Shown here: one piece after another, positions 62,201 to 64,000 of the stretch
Layout of the letters: each line of letters starts with the position of its first letter
Numbering within the stretch: the first letter of the stretch is position 1
From: a virus
Direction: 5' to 3' (one strand)
IMG/VR virus record: IMGVR_UViG_3300027747_004524
Span: 58,855-122,854 of that record
Length of the DNA stretch: 64,000 nt
Made by a program: the position numbers and the translations under genes
The notes under the pieces: model-generated
What the model saw: the letters and a program-made list of their open reading frames with translations, nothing else
Told to the model about the DNA's origin: nothing
Database searches by the model: none

Positions 62201-63055
62201 AAAGTCTATAAGGTTGGTGGAACATCAGTTCTAAGCAATACAACTCTTGGAAGCGGTGTTGTCAACTCATCACTCACATCAGTTGGAATATTAACAAGTG
62301 GCACATGGAATGCTTCAACCGTAGCAATCGCTTACGGTGGTACAGGTGCAAATACTGCATCCGATGCCAGAACAAACCTTGGTCTAGCAATTGGAACCAA
62401 TGTTCAGGCTTACGATGCTGAACTTGCTGCTCTTGCTGGTCTAGCTTCTGCGGCTAATACAGTTCCATACTTCACAGGAAGCGGAACTGCTGCCCTTGCA
62501 ACTTTAACACCTTATGGTAGAGACGTAATCGGTGCTGCAAATTCTTCTGCTTTAATAAGCACACTTGGCCTTGGAACAATGTCTTTGCAAAATGCAAACA
62601 ATGTTGCAGTAACAGGTGGAACGTTAAGCGGAATAACTAATCTAAGCGTAGAAGGTGTGTTCAACTCAGGCGTAAGCTTGGCCACTGATACATACTCAAA
62701 CGCCAAGGTGTCTGTTAGAACACCATTGATTAGCTTCAAGACGGTAGCTGAAACCAACTTGTTCACTGTCCCAGCAGGCTATATGTTCTTGATCGACACC
62801 ATGGAAGTTTTGACCACAGCAATATCTGGAGCAGGAACTGCACCAAATGTTAGATTCGGAAACTCAGGCGACTCATCAGCTTATTACTCAGCTGATACAA
62901 CCTTGAGCAACTCTGCTGGTTCAAGACACGTTATCGATATCCCACAGGATGCTGCAGCCGCAGGCACAGTAGTCACTTTTGGAATATCCAGTGTTTCCTC
63001 GGCTACATCCCACACTGGTTGTGGAATAGTAACAGGATACTTAGTTAAACTATAA
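59228..63055 (+). CDS. Long repeat-built tail-fibre-like protein
   Basis: Repeated GTWNAS.VA..YGGTGA..A..ARTNLGL, QAYDAELAALAG and LSV.DKNI modules. Confidence 0.85.
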   Translation: MGQAYVERKKVVITGGSPYAIDISGNSKVGVITNGTWNGSSVGINYGGTGAATASNARTNLGLAIGSNVQAYSSTLDQVANGTYVGSGNTTTVGTVTTGTWNASVIGVPYGGTGANTLTGYVKANGTNPMTASSTIPATDVDGFSNAVSNLVSTVLAVSPELSLTYDSGNDTVTIAIDDPTLLAVSNGTYTGDDSITTLGTVTTGTWNASTVAIAYGGTGATTASGARTNLGLAIGTNVQAYDAELAALAGVTSAADKVPYFTGSGTANVATFTSYGRSLVATANSADARTTLGVVIGTDVQAYDAELAALAGVTSAADKLPYFTGSGTANVTTLTSYGRDVIGAANAAGLINTLGLGTMSLQNANNVSISGGTITANSVTVSGNLVVNGTTTTLNSTELSVDDKNITLADTASPSDASADGGGITLKGTTDKTFNWVSSTGSWTASENMDVAAGKVYKIGGTSVLSNTTLGSGVVNSSLTSVGTLTSGTWNASTVAIAYGGTGATTASGARTNLGLVIGTDVQAYDAELAALAGVTSAADKVPYFTGSGTANVATFTSYGRSLVATANSADARTTLGVVIGTDVQAYDAELAALAGVTSAADKVPYFTGSGTANVATFTSYGRSLVATANSADARTTLGVVIGTDVQAYDAELAALAGVTSAADKVPYFTGSGTANVATFTSYGRSLVATANSADARTTLGLVIGTDVQAYNSNLSNVASGSYVGSSSITTLGTVTTGTWNASTVAVNYGGTGATNATNARTNLGVAIGTDVQAYNSTLSNVANGTYVGANSITTLGTVTIGTWNASTVAIAYGGTGATNASGARTNLGLVIGTDVQAYDAELAALAGVTSAADKVPYFTGSGTANVATLTSYGRDVIGAANASALINTLGLGTMSLQNANNVSISGGTITASSVTVSGNLVVNGTTTTLNSTELSVDDKNITLADTASPSDASADGGGITLKGTTDKTFNWVSSTGSWTASENMDVAAGKVYKVGGTSVLSNTTLGSGVVNSSLTSVGILTSGTWNASTVAIAYGGTGANTASDARTNLGLAIGTNVQAYDAELAALAGLASAANTVPYFTGSGTAALATLTPYGRDVIGAANSSALISTLGLGTMSLQNANNVAVTGGTLSGITNLSVEGVFNSGVSLATDTYSNAKVSVRTPLISFKTVAETNLFTVPAGYMFLIDTMEVLTTAISGAGTAPNVRFGNSGDSSAYYSADTTLSNSAGSRHVIDIPQDAAAAGTVVTFGISSVSSATSHTGCGIVTGYLVKL
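60785..61342. repeat. Three tandem 186-bp (62-aa) units inside the fibre gene; also a 1608-bp-offset duplication
   Basis: GTDVQAY starts at 60785, 60971, 61157, 61343; block at 60119 recurs at 61727. Confidence 0.85.
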
Positions 63056-63085
63056 TAAGTTTAATTTCTTAAGTTAGAAATAAGG

Positions 63086-63120
63086 TCGGCAATCGGGGAA
63101 ACTCGGTTGCCGATTTTTTT
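63086..63120 (+). terminator. Intrinsic terminator
   Basis: TCGGCAATCGGG-GAAA-CTCGGTTGCCGA plus T-tract. Confidence 0.8.
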
Positions 63121-63168
63121 TGTACACCGCCCATAAATAATTAAAACAACCTTATAGACGGGATACAG

Positions 63169-64000
63169 ATGCCACCGCCAGACGACATTTATAAGAATGC
63201 AGCTAAAAAAGAGTCCTATGCCAACCAGACTATGGATATAAAAGACTCTGTTAGGGTTGCTACTACCGAAAATATAAATTTAAATGGTTTAATGACAGTT
63301 GATGGCATCTCTTTATCTGAAGACAACCGGGTATTGGTTAAGAATCAAAATAACTCTAGTGATAATGGCATATACCTAGCCAAAAGTGGAAACTGGAAGA
63401 GGTCAAATGATGCAAACAGTAGCTCTAAAGTAAGTTCTGGTCTTTTTGTTTTTGTGGAAGAAGGCTCTACTAATGCTGATTCGGCTTGGTTTCTATCAAC
63501 CAACAACCCTATAGTTTTAGGTACAACGCCTTTGTCTTTTGTGAAATTCGGCCCCGCTAATATATCAGCAGAACTCAAGACCGAACTTTTAGCTGGTACT
63601 GGAATAAACTTAAGCTATGACTCTCAAGCTGATACATTGACTATAAATTCACAAACAACAACAGAACTCGTCGCAGGAGAAGGAATAGATTTAACTTATA
63701 ACTCACAGAGTGATGCTCTCACTATATCGGTCAATGCACAGGGAACAACTGGAGCACAGGGTAGCCAAGGATCATCCGGCAGTCAAGGTGTTCAAGGTTC
63801 ACAAGGTATAACTGGTAGTCAAGGTATAACTGGTAGTCAAGGTATAACTGGTAGTCAAGGTATAACTGGTAGTCAAGGTATAACTGGTAGTCAAGGTATA
63901 ACTGGTAGTCAAGGTATAACTGGTAGTCAAGGTATAACTGGTAGTCAAGGTATAACTGGTAGTCAAGGTATAACTGGTAGTCAAGGTATAACTGGTAGTC
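63169..64000 (+). CDS. Collagen-repeat tail-fibre protein, truncated by the window 3' edge (not in the ORF track)
   Basis: MPPPDDIY...[25 protein letters not shown]....RVLVKNQ....NGIY fibre domain, then G-X-Y repeats; CATAAATA upstream. Confidence 0.85.
   Translation, partial: MPPPDDIYKNAAKKESYANQTMDIKDSVRVATTENINLNGLMTVDGISLSEDNRVLVKNQNNSSDNGIYLAKSGNWKRSNDANSSSKVSSGLFVFVEEGSTNADSAWFLSTNNPIVLGTTPLSFVKFGPANISAELKTELLAGTGINLSYDSQADTLTINSQTTTELVAGEGIDLTYNSQSDALTISVNAQGTTGAQGSQGSSGSQGVQGSQGITGSQGITGSQGITGSQGITGSQGITGSQGITGSQGITGSQGITGSQGITGSQGITGSQGITGS
63802..63999. repeat. Eleven perfect 18-bp tandem repeats (QGITGS)
   Basis: CAAGGTATAACTGGTAGT repeated without variation to the window end. 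Confidence 0.95.

Noticed and set aside
60136-62766. Duplicated 152-aa minus-strand ORFs and 62512-62766
   Set aside because: Antisense shadows of the fibre gene; useful only as markers of its internal duplication
63799-63984. (TTSYTL)n ORF, or a CRISPR array
   Set aside because: Antisense of the collagen repeat; units are contiguous with no spacers and no cas genes are present
1-64000. Stop-codon reassignment, as in some large phages
   Set aside because: Conserved genes (clpX, gmd, fcl, SNF2) are full length in the standard code; TAA, TAG and TGA all end genes; no suppressor tRNA seen

Overview
The window looks like a 64-kb slice of a large, AT-rich, T4-like (myovirus/jumbo-type) phage genome. 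It is densely coding in the standard genetic code, with no rRNA, CRISPR array, integrase or reverse transcriptase. It is mostly accessory and host-takeover cargo, with a tail-fibre/virion block at the right end. Host-takeover genes: four sigma-70-family proteins (one with region 2 only), two CsrA paralogs, HU/IHF, ClpX, a ParB-like protein, a SNF2 helicase and a minimal ATP-dependent ligase. Glycan genes: a large nucleotide-sugar and glycosyltransferase set (rmlB-like, rmlC, gmd, fcl, six GT-like genes, two methyltransferases). A Planctomycetota host is inferred, not shown, from an SHD1-domain protein and a planctomycete-style sigma factor. The best-supported unusual system is an AUA-decoding cassette at 27.4-29.2 kb: a minimal TilS sits 7 nt upstream of a tRNA(CAU, Ile2-like) split by a 211-nt ORF-less group I intron, followed by a convergent free-standing HNH endonuclease and a degenerate tRNA-like RNA with its own promoter. 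The second is a family of five proteins sharing an N-terminal FKxW/F..E tag resembling the T4 capsid-targeting sequence. It includes a CCA-adding-family enzyme (both phage tRNAs lack an encoded CCA) and a protein with a Tat-like signal directly behind the tag. All family calls come from motif recognition by eye; no searches were run.
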